Shown here: positions 19,149 to 28,984 of the stretch, piece after piece
Layout: each line of letters opens with the position of its first letter
How positions within the stretch are numbered: position 1 is the first letter of the stretch
From: Tidjanibacter sp.
GTDB lineage: Bacteria; Bacteroidota; Bacteroidia; Bacteroidales; Rikenellaceae
NCBI GenBank assembly: GCA_045633765.1
Contig: JAZQZA010000049.1
Coordinates: 1-47,656 of the forward strand
Direction of reading: 5' to 3'
DNA length: 47,656 bases
Notes under the pieces: model-generated
Told to the model about the DNA's origin: nothing
Seen by the model: the letters and a program-made list of their open reading frames with translations, nothing else
The model's database searches: none
Position numbers and translations under genes: made by a program

Positions 19149-21122
19149 ATGAAAAAGAGTTTAATCAGCAAGATATGGGGTTTTGTTGTCATCTTGGCTC
19201 TCGGTATGAGCGCCTGCGAAAGCCCCGAGGAGGAGATTACCCCTAACTTCCCCGAGAAGATTACCGCTGTGGTGAATGCAGGTGACACCTACGAGTTCAC
19301 CATTGAGCCCAATATGAAGTGGAATCTGAAGATTCCCACCGAGATTGCCACCTACTTCAAATTCATTGTGGGCGAGAGCGAGCGCTACACCCTCAATGGC
19401 GAGGCCGGCACCCATACCATCACCATCGGTGTTGCTCCCAACGAGGAGTTCGACACAACACGCACTTGCTCGCTGGAGATGACTATGGGCGGCGAAACAA
19501 GAGTTATTGCCGAGATTACGCGTGGCGCCAAGGAGCGTTCGCTGAAAATCTATGTCGCCGAGTTCGACACCACAGAGGAGACCTTCGTGATTGACGAGGA
19601 GGGCAACTTCAGCTACTCCTCCACCCCTTGTGAAAAGAACATCGATTGGCGATGGAGCAACGAGCAGTGGATGCAGCGCATCGTTGTTGATGCCAACTTC
19701 CGCTGGAGCCTCGGCGTGGATACCCCCGAGTGGCTCGATGCAAGCAAGACCTCCGGTAACGTCGGCCTTACCGAGATTTTCCTGCGCACCAATCCCGAGA
19801 AACTCCCCTTGGAGGATGGCACCTACACCCTTGAGTTCTGCGACACGAGCGACCGCAATGGCGATGGCGTCATCGACGAGAGCGACATTCTTGTTGTGGG
19901 CAGCTATTCGACCTCTATGAAGGGTTGCAAGGATGTCTGCACCGTGGACATTGATGCCAAAGCTCGCTTCAATGCCAATGGCGAATACTATGTTGCCGGT
20001 AGCGACACCTATGTTGAGAACCTCTATGGTCACATCAGTTCGCCCCGCGGCGCAGAGATTTTTGCACTCACCAAGTGTGCAGACGGCACCTATAGCAGGG
20101 AGGGCGCCGAGTGGATTCAGCTCACCGTCGGCAACTTCCCCGAGGAGGCGACCGATGAGGGTGTGTGGATGCGCGATCTGACACTCAAGCTGGAGGCCAA
20201 CGATAGCGAGGAGGAGCGCTTTGGTGCCATTGTGGCCATTCCTCTTTCCGAGGCAGCTGCAACCAACTATGCAGACTATCTGGTGAGCGAAATCACCCAG
20301 GAAGGCATTGAAATTATCGACACAAGCGACCCCATCTATGCCTACGACGAGAATGTAATGATGGGCTACGCTGCACGCTTCGAGAAATTGGAGGCAGGCA
20401 CTTGGCCCTGGATCAACAACTGGTCGGGAATCCCCCACGCATATAAACTCACCCTTCGCAACAACTCGTCGGGCGACGACCTGGTATTCCGCAAACCATT
20501 TGCAAGCTACAAAATCTATGGTTTCGACGGTTATATGGGAGCCACCTATTCCACCGAGGAGTGCTGGCTGACCATCAGCGAGAGCGACCCCGAGGAGGCC
20601 ATCGAGAATGGTTACATCATCCGCAGCCGTCTGGGTGACGGCGAGGGCGAGGTGGCCAACACCCTTCCCGGCAGCAAGGGCCAGAATGAGGCCACCTTCG
20701 TATTCTACAACGACAAGGGAGAGGCCTATGCACTCATCTATGTTGTTCTGGACCCCACCTTCACTCCCTATGAGCAGATTGAGGGTGATGTGGTATTCAC
20801 CAACATCGAGAGCGCACTTCAGACCGGAGCAACGCTTGAGGAGATTGTTGCAGGCGACGATGAGTTCAATGAGGAGGAATCTTTTATGGGCATTCTTCAG
20901 TATCGTCTTACATTGAATCCCAAATGCAAGAGCATCTCACTCACACTGCCCGAGTATATGATGGCTTATTCATATCAGAGTTGGCTCTCCTCACAACTCA
21001 AAGGCGAGGAGACCATCGTGACCGTAAGTAGCGAAAATTCGGCCAATGGACGAATCAGCTTCTACGGATCCAACAACTACAATGTAATTCTCCAACTCAT
21101 TGTGGTTTATAACGCCGAGTAG
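19149..21122 (+). CDS. Acidic surface lipoprotein with BACON-like Ig repeats (DUF5003-like)
   Basis: Lipobox MSAC; repeated PN..W / AN..W..PEWL / EWI beta-sandwich signatures; very acidic composition. Confidence 0.6.
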   Translation: MKKSLISKIWGFVVILALGMSACESPEEEITPNFPEKITAVVNAGDTYEFTIEPNMKWNLKIPTEIATYFKFIVGESERYTLNGEAGTHTITIGVAPNEEFDTTRTCSLEMTMGGETRVIAEITRGAKERSLKIYVAEFDTTEETFVIDEEGNFSYSSTPCEKNIDWRWSNEQWMQRIVVDANFRWSLGVDTPEWLDASKTSGNVGLTEIFLRTNPEKLPLEDGTYTLEFCDTSDRNGDGVIDESDILVVGSYSTSMKGCKDVCTVDIDAKARFNANGEYYVAGSDTYVENLYGHISSPRGAEIFALTKCADGTYSREGAEWIQLTVGNFPEEATDEGVWMRDLTLKLEANDSEEERFGAIVAIPLSEAAATNYADYLVSEITQEGIEIIDTSDPIYAYDENVMMGYAARFEKLEAGTWPWINNWSGIPHAYKLTLRNNSSGDDLVFRKPFASYKIYGFDGYMGATYSTEECWLTISESDPEEAIENGYIIRSRLGDGEGEVANTLPGSKGQNEATFVFYNDKGEAYALIYVVLDPTFTPYEQIEGDVVFTNIESALQTGATLEEIVAGDDEFNEEESFMGILQYRLTLNPKCKSISLTLPEYMMAYSYQSWLSSQLKGEETIVTVSSENSANGRISFYGSNNYNVILQLIVVYNAE

Positions 21123-21144
21123 AACTACTAATACGAAATAGATT

Positions 21145-23796
21145 ATGAGAATAAGGAATATATGGAAGTGGGTTACACTGCTGGCGACCGTGGCGACGGT
21201 TGCGAGCTGTGCAGACCCCGAAGAGGATTTTGGCGGCGATGGCTACGGCTATGTGCAGTTCAAACTCTACAAAAAAGCCTCCTATGTTACTCCCGAGGTG
21301 GAGAGCAAGAGCCGCGCTGTGGTCGAGAGCCTCGAGTGGTTGCAGGAGGCCTATAAGGTGAAGGTCACCCTCGAGTATGACCAGACAACCATTGCCCAAA
21401 CCCTCACCCTCTCCGGAGGCGAGGGCGACGCTGCCGAGTGGGGCCTGAGGAGCGACAAACTGAAACTGCTCACGGGCGACTACCGCCTCATCACCTTCTC
21501 GCTCTACGATGCCAATGACCAACTCATCTACAACGGCACACCCTCGGGCGAGAGCACATTCTCCGTTGTGGAGGGCGGCTTGGTCGTGCACGACATCACC
21601 GTTGATGTCACCGCTCGTGGCAAGGTGCAATTCTCGCTTACAAAGGATATGAGCGCCTTCAGCGGCACCCGTGCCGTATCTCGCACCTACACCTTCGACG
21701 AGATTAAAGAGGTGAATATCACCGTTGAGAACAAATATACGGGAGAGAATATTGAGTTCAAGGAGCTCCCCTGCAAGTTCAGTATGCACTTCGACACCAG
21801 CGACGATGTGGAGGATGGCTACAAGACCTCCTCTATTCTCTGCGACACCCTTCTGTGGATACCTGCCGGCAGCTATGAGGTTGCAAAGTATGAGGTGTTT
21901 GACGAGAGTGGCGTATTGCTTGAGAATAAGACCAACCCCGCAAAGAGTCCCTTCAAGGTTGAGGACAACAAGGTGACCAAAGCAGATGTGGCCATCACCC
22001 TCTATGAGGCAGACGCCTACATTCAGGACTACTATGCACTGAAGGCCATCTGGGAGAGCCTCGATGGCGAGAATTGGTACTATGTCGGCGAGGAGTATCC
22101 CCAAGGCTCCAACTGGAACTTCAATTGCGATGTTGACTTGTGGTGCAATCAGCCCGGTGTGATGGTTCACGCCAACGGCCGCATCGCACGAATTGACATC
22201 AGCGACTTCGGTTTCCGAGGCCACCTCTCGCCCGCTATCGGCCAACTCACGGAGCTTGTAGAGCTCTACCTCGGCACCCACAATGACAACAACTTTGCCT
22301 ACGACCCCACGCTCGACAAGAGCAAGAGTCTTGAGGAGCGCACACGCAATCGTATGGAGCTCCACGGCGAATGGTTGCGTCAGCTCCACACCCCCGAGCA
22401 GATGTCGGAGCCTTGCGCAAGGGCACTTGCCGAGCACGGCATCTCCATTGGCGCCACACGCCTCTATGAGAACTTCAGCGAGAAGGAGATTTTCGACCTC
22501 AAGAGCGGCACGCAGCGCACCATTCGTCCTATGGATACCTCGCACGGTACCATCTGCAATGGTCTGAAGAGTCTTCCCAAGGAGATTGGCAACCTCAAGA
22601 AACTCGAGTACCTCTACATCGCCAACAGCGAGATTGAGAGCCTTCCCGATGAGATGGAGCAGCTGGTTGCCCTCACCGACATTGAGATCTACAACTGCCC
22701 CAAGATGAAGCAATTCCCTATGGTTATTACCCGTATGCCCGAGCTCATCTCGCTCAACATTGCCAACAATGCACAGTGGAGTGCCGAGGAGATATACAAA
22801 GGTCTTGACGCTCTGGCCAAGGGTCCCAGCCGCGAGAAGATTCAGATTCTCTACTGCCGTCAGGGCAATCTTGAGGAACTTCCCGAGTCGTTCCGAAATA
22901 TGAAGAAGATTGGTCTTCTGGACCTCGCCTTCAACCGCATCTCAAAGATTCACCCCTTTGGTAAGGAGGTTGCCCCCGTGCAGCTCTACCTCGACAACAA
23001 CCTGCTGGAGAGCCTGCCCCGTGACGCAGAGGGTTATTTCTGTGGCTACGACGATGTGGAGAACTTCTCGGTGAATTTCAACCGCCTGAAGAAAGTGCCC
23101 AACATCTTCAACGCCAAGAGCATCTACGGTATGACCTCCGTAAGCTTTGCCGGCAACCAGATTGATGGATTCGAGGGCGAGGAGGATGGCACCTACAATG
23201 GTATCTTTGTTGAGACGCTCACCCTCTCGCAGAACAAATTCACCAAGTATCCCAAATGCTTGGCCGACACAGAGTCTATTGTCTCCTACATCATTCTCCG
23301 CGCCAACGAGATTGAGGAGGTACCCGTGGGCTCGTTCTCGGGTAAGAATAGCATAAATCTCACCTCAATGGACCTCTCCTACAACAGGATTAGTGATCTG
23401 CCCGCAGATATGCACGCAGGCCACCTGCCCTATCTCTATGGTGTGGATTTCTCGTTCAACCGCTTCAGCAATTTCCCCTATGAGCCTCTCGATTGCTCGG
23501 GCCTCACTGTCTTTGCTCTGCGTAGCCAGAGGGACGCCGAGGGCAATAGGTGCTTGCAGCAGTGGCCCACAGGCATTGGCAACCACCGCGGTTTGAGGGG
23601 ACTCTATCTGGGCTCCAACGACCTGCGAGTAATTGACGATACGATCTCGACGCTCATCTACTATCTGGATATTAGCGACAACCCCAACATCGTATTCGAC
23701 GCCTCGGATATCTGCTATGCTTGGAGTGTGGGAGCCTATATTCTCATCTATGACAAGAGCCAGAACATTCTCAACTGCAGTATGATGCTTGAGTAG
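21145..23796 (+). CDS. Leucine-rich repeat lipoprotein with two N-terminal DUF4458-like domains
   Basis: Lipobox VASC; GYVQFKLYK and GKVQFSL duplicated domains; LRR cap DYYALKAIW..LDG.NW; many LxxLxLxxNxL repeats. Confidence 0.85.
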   Translation: MRIRNIWKWVTLLATVATVASCADPEEDFGGDGYGYVQFKLYKKASYVTPEVESKSRAVVESLEWLQEAYKVKVTLEYDQTTIAQTLTLSGGEGDAAEWGLRSDKLKLLTGDYRLITFSLYDANDQLIYNGTPSGESTFSVVEGGLVVHDITVDVTARGKVQFSLTKDMSAFSGTRAVSRTYTFDEIKEVNITVENKYTGENIEFKELPCKFSMHFDTSDDVEDGYKTSSILCDTLLWIPAGSYEVAKYEVFDESGVLLENKTNPAKSPFKVEDNKVTKADVAITLYEADAYIQDYYALKAIWESLDGENWYYVGEEYPQGSNWNFNCDVDLWCNQPGVMVHANGRIARIDISDFGFRGHLSPAIGQLTELVELYLGTHNDNNFAYDPTLDKSKSLEERTRNRMELHGEWLRQLHTPEQMSEPCARALAEHGISIGATRLYENFSEKEIFDLKSGTQRTIRPMDTSHGTICNGLKSLPKEIGNLKKLEYLYIANSEIESLPDEMEQLVALTDIEIYNCPKMKQFPMVITRMPELISLNIANNAQWSAEEIYKGLDALAKGPSREKIQILYCRQGNLEELPESFRNMKKIGLLDLAFNRISKIHPFGKEVAPVQLYLDNNLLESLPRDAEGYFCGYDDVENFSVNFNRLKKVPNIFNAKSIYGMTSVSFAGNQIDGFEGEEDGTYNGIFVETLTLSQNKFTKYPKCLADTESIVSYIILRANEIEEVPVGSFSGKNSINLTSMDLSYNRISDLPADMHAGHLPYLYGVDFSFNRFSNFPYEPLDCSGLTVFALRSQRDAEGNRCLQQWPTGIGNHRGLRGLYLGSNDLRVIDDTISTLIYYLDISDNPNIVFDASDICYAWSVGAYILIYDKSQNILNCSMMLE

Positions 23797-23834
23797 AGAG
23801 AGTATTCACCCATTAAAAAATGAGAGAAAAGAGA

Positions 23835-25475
23835 ATGAAAAAGATTAGCTTATATATTTCGATTATCGCCGCAGCACTCCTCTCGGTGGGTTGCGTGCAG
23901 GAGGATATTGAGTTTGCATCGGATTGCAATGAGATTGCCATTGATGCAATCGGTGGCGCCCGCAGGGTAGCCATCACCTCGGGTGAAAACTGGATTGCCT
24001 CTACCGACAACACCTGGATTACCATTTCGCCAGCCAATGGTCGTGGTTGCGCCGAGTGTCAGATCATCATTGACTCGGCACTTATGGCCGAGCCCCGCTA
24101 TGGCGAAGTGCTCATCCAAAACCTCGCCACCCTTGAGGAGAAAACCATCAGCGTAACACAGGAGGGTTTCCCCTACTCGATTGAGATTGAGGAGCCCGAC
24201 GTGAGGATTGAGAACTACAAACCTCTTCAGGATAGACGCTTTAGCGTAACCCTCACCACCAACACCGACTTCGATGTGGTAATTCCCGAGGGTGCTCGCT
24301 GGCTCTCGAATAAAAAATATGAGGTCAAACTCAACCGAGGCATCCGCCCCCGACAGGTGAAGGTGGAGTTTGAGTGGGACATCAACACTATGCCCAAAGA
24401 GCGCATCGCCGAGGTGCAGTTTGTGCCCAAGAATGGCGAGCAGATGAGCCGTCAGGATGTCCTCAAGGTCGTTCAGCAATCTGCCGAGCCTATTGAGGAG
24501 AATAGCCGCAGCGGCGACTCGGTGGCTCTGGTGAGCATCCAACGCAACATTGAGACCCTCTCCTCGTGGGATGTATCACTCCCTATGGAGCGTTGGAATG
24601 GTGTGATTCTCTGGGACGAGAAACACGAAGGCTACACCCCCGACAAGAAGGGCCGTGTGAGATATGCCGAGTTCTTCATCTACAACACCAATGAGGATCT
24701 GCCCTTTGAGGTGAAGTATCTGACCGCAGCCGAGGAGCTCTATTTCTTCGGCAACACCAACACATTCCTTAAGGACCTGAAGATTGGCGACGCCATTCTG
24801 GAGCTCACCCAGCTCAAGAGGCTCACCATTGCTGCACACGGTCTTTCGGAGGTTGATCCCCGCCTTGCAAACCTCAAGAATCTGGAGCATTTGGACCTCG
24901 GTTCCAACAACTTTATGACCATTCCCGAGGTACTCACCAAGGAGAACTTCCCCAAACTCCGCACCCTCATTCTCAACGCCAACCAGCGTTCGGAGGTCTA
25001 TGATTTGAGCAACACCACCAAGACCAATCTCGGCGGTTTCATCGAGGAGGAGAAGTTCCCCGAGCACCTGCTCAAATGGGAGTTGGACACCTTGAATCTC
25101 TCGGTGAACTACCTCCACGGAGAGCTTCCCACCTTTGAGGACGACCCCACAGTTCCCGTCTATACCGAGGAGGACTGGGCCGCTTCGAACGACACTCTGC
25201 CCCGTATGTTGGTGGACCGCAAGATTAAGAAGGTTATGCCCAAGACCAAGTTCTTCAGCATCAACTTCAACCGATTGACAGGTATGCTCCCCGACTGGTT
25301 GCTCTACCACCCAATGCTTGACTGGTGGATTCCCTACAGCTTGATTTTCAATCAGGAGGGTAAGGATGCAGCAGGCACATCGGCTGGTTTCTTAAATGAG
25401 CCCGTGAGCCTCGACTACTACTACCAGCTCTACCCCACCAAAAACCAACCCACCGGCGAGGAGGGAGTAGAATAA
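23835..25475 (+). CDS. BACON domain + leucine-rich repeat lipoprotein
   Basis: Lipobox SVGC; BACON motif WIASTDNTWITISPANG; LRR cap DSVAL..WNGV; repeats LEHLDLGSNNF and LDTLNLSVNYL. Confidence 0.82.
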   Translation: MKKISLYISIIAAALLSVGCVQEDIEFASDCNEIAIDAIGGARRVAITSGENWIASTDNTWITISPANGRGCAECQIIIDSALMAEPRYGEVLIQNLATLEEKTISVTQEGFPYSIEIEEPDVRIENYKPLQDRRFSVTLTTNTDFDVVIPEGARWLSNKKYEVKLNRGIRPRQVKVEFEWDINTMPKERIAEVQFVPKNGEQMSRQDVLKVVQQSAEPIEENSRSGDSVALVSIQRNIETLSSWDVSLPMERWNGVILWDEKHEGYTPDKKGRVRYAEFFIYNTNEDLPFEVKYLTAAEELYFFGNTNTFLKDLKIGDAILELTQLKRLTIAAHGLSEVDPRLANLKNLEHLDLGSNNFMTIPEVLTKENFPKLRTLILNANQRSEVYDLSNTTKTNLGGFIEEEKFPEHLLKWELDTLNLSVNYLHGELPTFEDDPTVPVYTEEDWAASNDTLPRMLVDRKIKKVMPKTKFFSINFNRLTGMLPDWLLYHPMLDWWIPYSLIFNQEGKDAAGTSAGFLNEPVSLDYYYQLYPTKNQPTGEEGVE

Positions 25476-25508
25476 CAGAGCACCCAAGAATGAAGATTTG
25501 AGAAAAAA

Positions 25509-27560
25509 ATGAATAGAATTATGATAAAGTTCGGTAAATATGTTTCGTTGGCAGCACTCCTTATGGCCACACTCACCCTTGGAGGCTGTCTGAACGATGT
25601 GGAGCCCTACGCGCCTAACAATGGCGAGGAGATTCTCTCGCCCGAGAGCCCCTATGTTGAGGGTGAGCTGATGGTGAAGTTCACTCCCGAGGTGGAGCAT
25701 ATGCTCTCTTCAAGGAAGAACAATACCCGTAGCAGTATTCCCACCGTGGATGAGGTTTTGGAGGCCGTGGGAGGCTACGAGCTCGAGAGGGTGTTCCCCT
25801 ATGACAAAAACAACGAGGAGGCAACGCGCAAGAGTGGATTGCATCTGTGGTATGTCGTACGCTTCAAGGGCGAGAGCACCGAGAGCGTTGCAGCCAAACT
25901 CGCCAAGCTCGGCGAGGTGCAGAAGGTAGATCTCAACCGCACCATCAAGCGCGCTTACAACACCAAGGCTACCCCCCTAACCAAGGAGAGCCTCACAAGA
26001 GTTAATACAGGCATCGGCAAAGGAGCGATGAACGACCCTCTGCTTAATCAGCAGTGGAATCTTATTAACAATGGCGATATGTTCCTCAAGAACGGAGTTG
26101 TCAAGAGCATTAAGGATGCCGATGTTCAGGTAGAGGGCGCTTGGGAACTTTGCACCGGCAATGAGGATATCATCGTTGCAGTCTTGGACGAGGGTATCTG
26201 TGTTGAGCACCCCGACCTGAAGGCCAACATCTGGGTTAATCCCAACGAGGTAGCAGACTCCCGTGAGGACAACGACGGCAATGGTTATAAGGGCGACATC
26301 CACGGTTACAACTTCGTAAGAGATCACGGCAAAATTACCTGGAACGACTATCTGGACTCGGGCCACGGCAGCCACGTAGCAGGTGTAATCGCAGCTGTGA
26401 ACAACAACGGCGAAGGTATCAGTTCTATTGCCGGTGGCAACAACGGCACAGGTGGCGTAAAGGTTATGTCGTGTCAGATTTTCTCGGGCAATATGGGCAG
26501 TAGCGTGCTTGCCGTAGCCAAGGCTATGAAGTATGCTGCCGACAACGGCGCTGTGGTATTGCAGTGTAGCTGGGGATATGTTTCAGGCGCTGCCAATGAG
26601 TATGATTGGGGCGAGCAGGGTTTCCACAGCTTCGAGGAGTGGAAGATGGGCTCACCTCTGGAGTTTGAGGCTCTCGACTACTTCATCAACAATGCAGGCT
26701 CACCCAACGGCCCCATCAATGGTGGCGTTGCAGTCTTTGCAGGTGGCAACGAGAGCGCGCCACAGGCCGGCTACCCCGGTGCAGCAGACTTTGCAATCTC
26801 GGTTGCCGCAACCGCTGCCGACTTCACTCCCGCAATCTACACCAACTACGGCCCCGGCACCACCATTTCGGCCCCCGGTGGCGACCAGGACTACTATTGG
26901 GACTATGTGGATGAGCAGCACAACTACGGCGAGGTGGGTTGCATCCTCTCCACCCTCCCCTACAATGTCAGCCCCAGCGGCTATGGCTATATGGAGGGTA
27001 CTTCGATGGCTTGTCCTCACGTTTCGGGCGTTGTGGCTTTGGCCATCTCCTACGCTGCCCAGCAGTGCTTGCAGGTGACCCCCGATCAGATTAGAGAGCT
27101 TGTTTGCTCCACCGCCGTACCCATTGACCAATATATGGTTGGTATGAAGGAGTATCGTCGCTATGTGGCCGACCTCGGTCCTCTGCAGCCTATGCAGATG
27201 AATTTGGCCCCCTTCAAAGGCCAGATGGGCGCAGGACAGATTAACGCCCAGAGGCTTCTGGAGGCTATCAGCGGCGTTGGCACCCCTGTCCGATTCCCCA
27301 ACATCTACATCGCCGAGGGTGGCAGCGTGGCAGTAAGCGCACGCCAATATTTCATTGATGGCGAGAAGAAGAGCTACAAGGTTACTATCGCCGATGAGGA
27401 GGTTGCATCCTGCACCAACACCAACGGCGAGCTTCTCTTCAGTGGCAAGAAAGTGGGCACAACGACTGCAACGATTACGGTGAGCGGCGGTGCTACATCC
27501 GAGCAGCACACCTTCACAATCACCGTGCGCAAGGGCGCAGGGGATAACGGCTGGATGTAG
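25509..27560 (+). CDS. S8 (subtilisin-like) serine peptidase lipoprotein with N-terminal prodomain and C-terminal Ig-like domain
   Basis: Catalytic triad motifs VAVLDEG, GHGSHVAG and GTSMACPHVSG; lipobox LGGC; Ca-loop DNDGNGYKGD. Confidence 0.92.
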   Translation: MNRIMIKFGKYVSLAALLMATLTLGGCLNDVEPYAPNNGEEILSPESPYVEGELMVKFTPEVEHMLSSRKNNTRSSIPTVDEVLEAVGGYELERVFPYDKNNEEATRKSGLHLWYVVRFKGESTESVAAKLAKLGEVQKVDLNRTIKRAYNTKATPLTKESLTRVNTGIGKGAMNDPLLNQQWNLINNGDMFLKNGVVKSIKDADVQVEGAWELCTGNEDIIVAVLDEGICVEHPDLKANIWVNPNEVADSREDNDGNGYKGDIHGYNFVRDHGKITWNDYLDSGHGSHVAGVIAAVNNNGEGISSIAGGNNGTGGVKVMSCQIFSGNMGSSVLAVAKAMKYAADNGAVVLQCSWGYVSGAANEYDWGEQGFHSFEEWKMGSPLEFEALDYFINNAGSPNGPINGGVAVFAGGNESAPQAGYPGAADFAISVAATAADFTPAIYTNYGPGTTISAPGGDQDYYWDYVDEQHNYGEVGCILSTLPYNVSPSGYGYMEGTSMACPHVSGVVALAISYAAQQCLQVTPDQIRELVCSTAVPIDQYMVGMKEYRRYVADLGPLQPMQMNLAPFKGQMGAGQINAQRLLEAISGVGTPVRFPNIYIAEGGSVAVSARQYFIDGEKKSYKVTIADEEVASCTNTNGELLFSGKKVGTTTATITVSGGATSEQHTFTITVRKGAGDNGWM

Positions 27561-27593
27561 TCGATTGCGACCACCATTAAGATAGGGAGCAAT

Positions 27594-28376
27594 ATGAAAA
27601 AAGGTTGGACAAGAGCAATTGTGGGTGCGCTGGGGGCCATTACAGCCCTCACCTCACCCTGCTATGGCCAACTGACCATCATTCCACAGAGCGCCGTACA
27701 AGAGGCCGCCAACCCCTCCATTGCCGAGGGGAGCAAACTCGCCTTTGACAACAATGGCACCCTCTCCTTCGACACCATCGGGGAGAGTGATGGCTGCTGG
27801 CAGGGTGAGATTGCCTGGCACACCACAGGCGGCACAAAGGCCACCATCACTCGCATTACGACAAGTTGCAACTGTGTGGTTGCCGATTGGTCGCGTAGGG
27901 ATAACACAGCAAAAAAGAGCGGCAAGATTGGGGTTAGATACTACCCCAAGGGGCACGCAGGAAGGGTTGAACAACGACTCTTCATCTACACAACCCTCTC
28001 GGAGGAGAAACCCTCGGCCATAGTGAAGGTTGTGGGTAGTGTAACTCCCTCGGGCGACAATAGCGGCAACTACCCCCATACGATGGGTGTGCTGCTTGTA
28101 AGACAAAAGGAGGTAACCCTCCCCGCCGATGGTGGAGTGGCAAGGATTGCTGTGATGAATGGCGGGTCTGCACCTTTGGAGGTGAGCCACGACGGAGGAC
28201 TCTCGCTCGGAGGACTCAAGGCCTACACCATTCCCCGCACGCTGCAAAGTGGAGAAGAGGGCGACCTTGTGGTGGAATTTGAGCCCAACGGTGCTCCAAC
28301 GATGCTCTATCTTAAAGGTGTGAATATTCCGCCCAGAGAGCGCAAAATTGAGATTAGAATAGAGAAAAACAGATAG
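27594..28376 (+). CDS. DUF1573 domain secreted protein
   Basis: Signal peptide; LSFDTIGE...ITTSCNC..Y.PKG motif typical of DUF1573; second Ig-like repeat. Confidence 0.75.
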   Translation: MKKGWTRAIVGALGAITALTSPCYGQLTIIPQSAVQEAANPSIAEGSKLAFDNNGTLSFDTIGESDGCWQGEIAWHTTGGTKATITRITTSCNCVVADWSRRDNTAKKSGKIGVRYYPKGHAGRVEQRLFIYTTLSEEKPSAIVKVVGSVTPSGDNSGNYPHTMGVLLVRQKEVTLPADGGVARIAVMNGGSAPLEVSHDGGLSLGGLKAYTIPRTLQSGEEGDLVVEFEPNGAPTMLYLKGVNIPPRERKIEIRIEKNR

Positions 28377-28389
28377 ATATTTGAACAAG

Positions 28390-28851
28390 ATGAAAAAGAT
28401 TCTAAAACTTATGGTCGCCACCTCGCTTATGCTTGGCGTTTGGGGATGTGACAACACCTCCGAGGAGCCCCAGATGGAGCCCCAAATTGAGATTACGACC
28501 AACAACATTTCGGGTAGTTGGAAGCTCGACAGCTGGAACTCCCAACCCCTGCCCGAGGGCAACTTTGTCTATATTGACTTCGTGAGGGCCGACGGCACCT
28601 ACACGATGTATCAAAACATCGACAGTTTCGGCACCCGCACCATCACAGGTCGCTTCTTCCTCTATATCGACGAGGAGATTGGCGCAGCCGTACTGCGTGG
28701 CGACTACGACCACGGAGCCGGCGAGTGGGGCCACCGCTACATCGTCGAGAGCCTCACAGCAACCACTATGTGCCTTGTGGCTAAAGACAACGCCGAGGAT
28801 GTCACGATCTACACTCGTTGCGACATCCCCTCGGAGGTGGTGGGCAAGTAG
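28390..28851 (+). CDS. Lipocalin-like lipoprotein
   Basis: Lipobox VWGC; ISGSWKL (GxW) motif; short beta-barrel length. Confidence 0.72.
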   Translation: MKKILKLMVATSLMLGVWGCDNTSEEPQMEPQIEITTNNISGSWKLDSWNSQPLPEGNFVYIDFVRADGTYTMYQNIDSFGTRTITGRFFLYIDEEIGAAVLRGDYDHGAGEWGHRYIVESLTATTMCLVAKDNAEDVTIYTRCDIPSEVVGK

Positions 28852-28906
28852 CCCCGAGCCTCCTGCGGGCAACCTACATTAGGGAGCGCGCCTAAAACCA
28901 CATCAC

Positions 28907-28945
28907 AAAGAGAAAGACGTGGCAATCTGCCACGGCTTTCTCTTT
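28907..28945. terminator. Bidirectional intrinsic terminator ending the SusCD locus
   Basis: AAAGAGAAAG-a-CGTGGCA-atc-TGCCACG-g-CTTTCTCTTT between convergent genes. Confidence 0.8.
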
Positions 28946-28984
28946 ATATCTAATAATCTCACGCACCAAAGTGCGGAAGACTCA

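Noticed and set aside
13678-28851. SusCD locus as a recently acquired island
   Set aside because: There are no mobility genes or flanking direct repeats, and it shares the codon style and CATG avoidance of the housekeeping genes.
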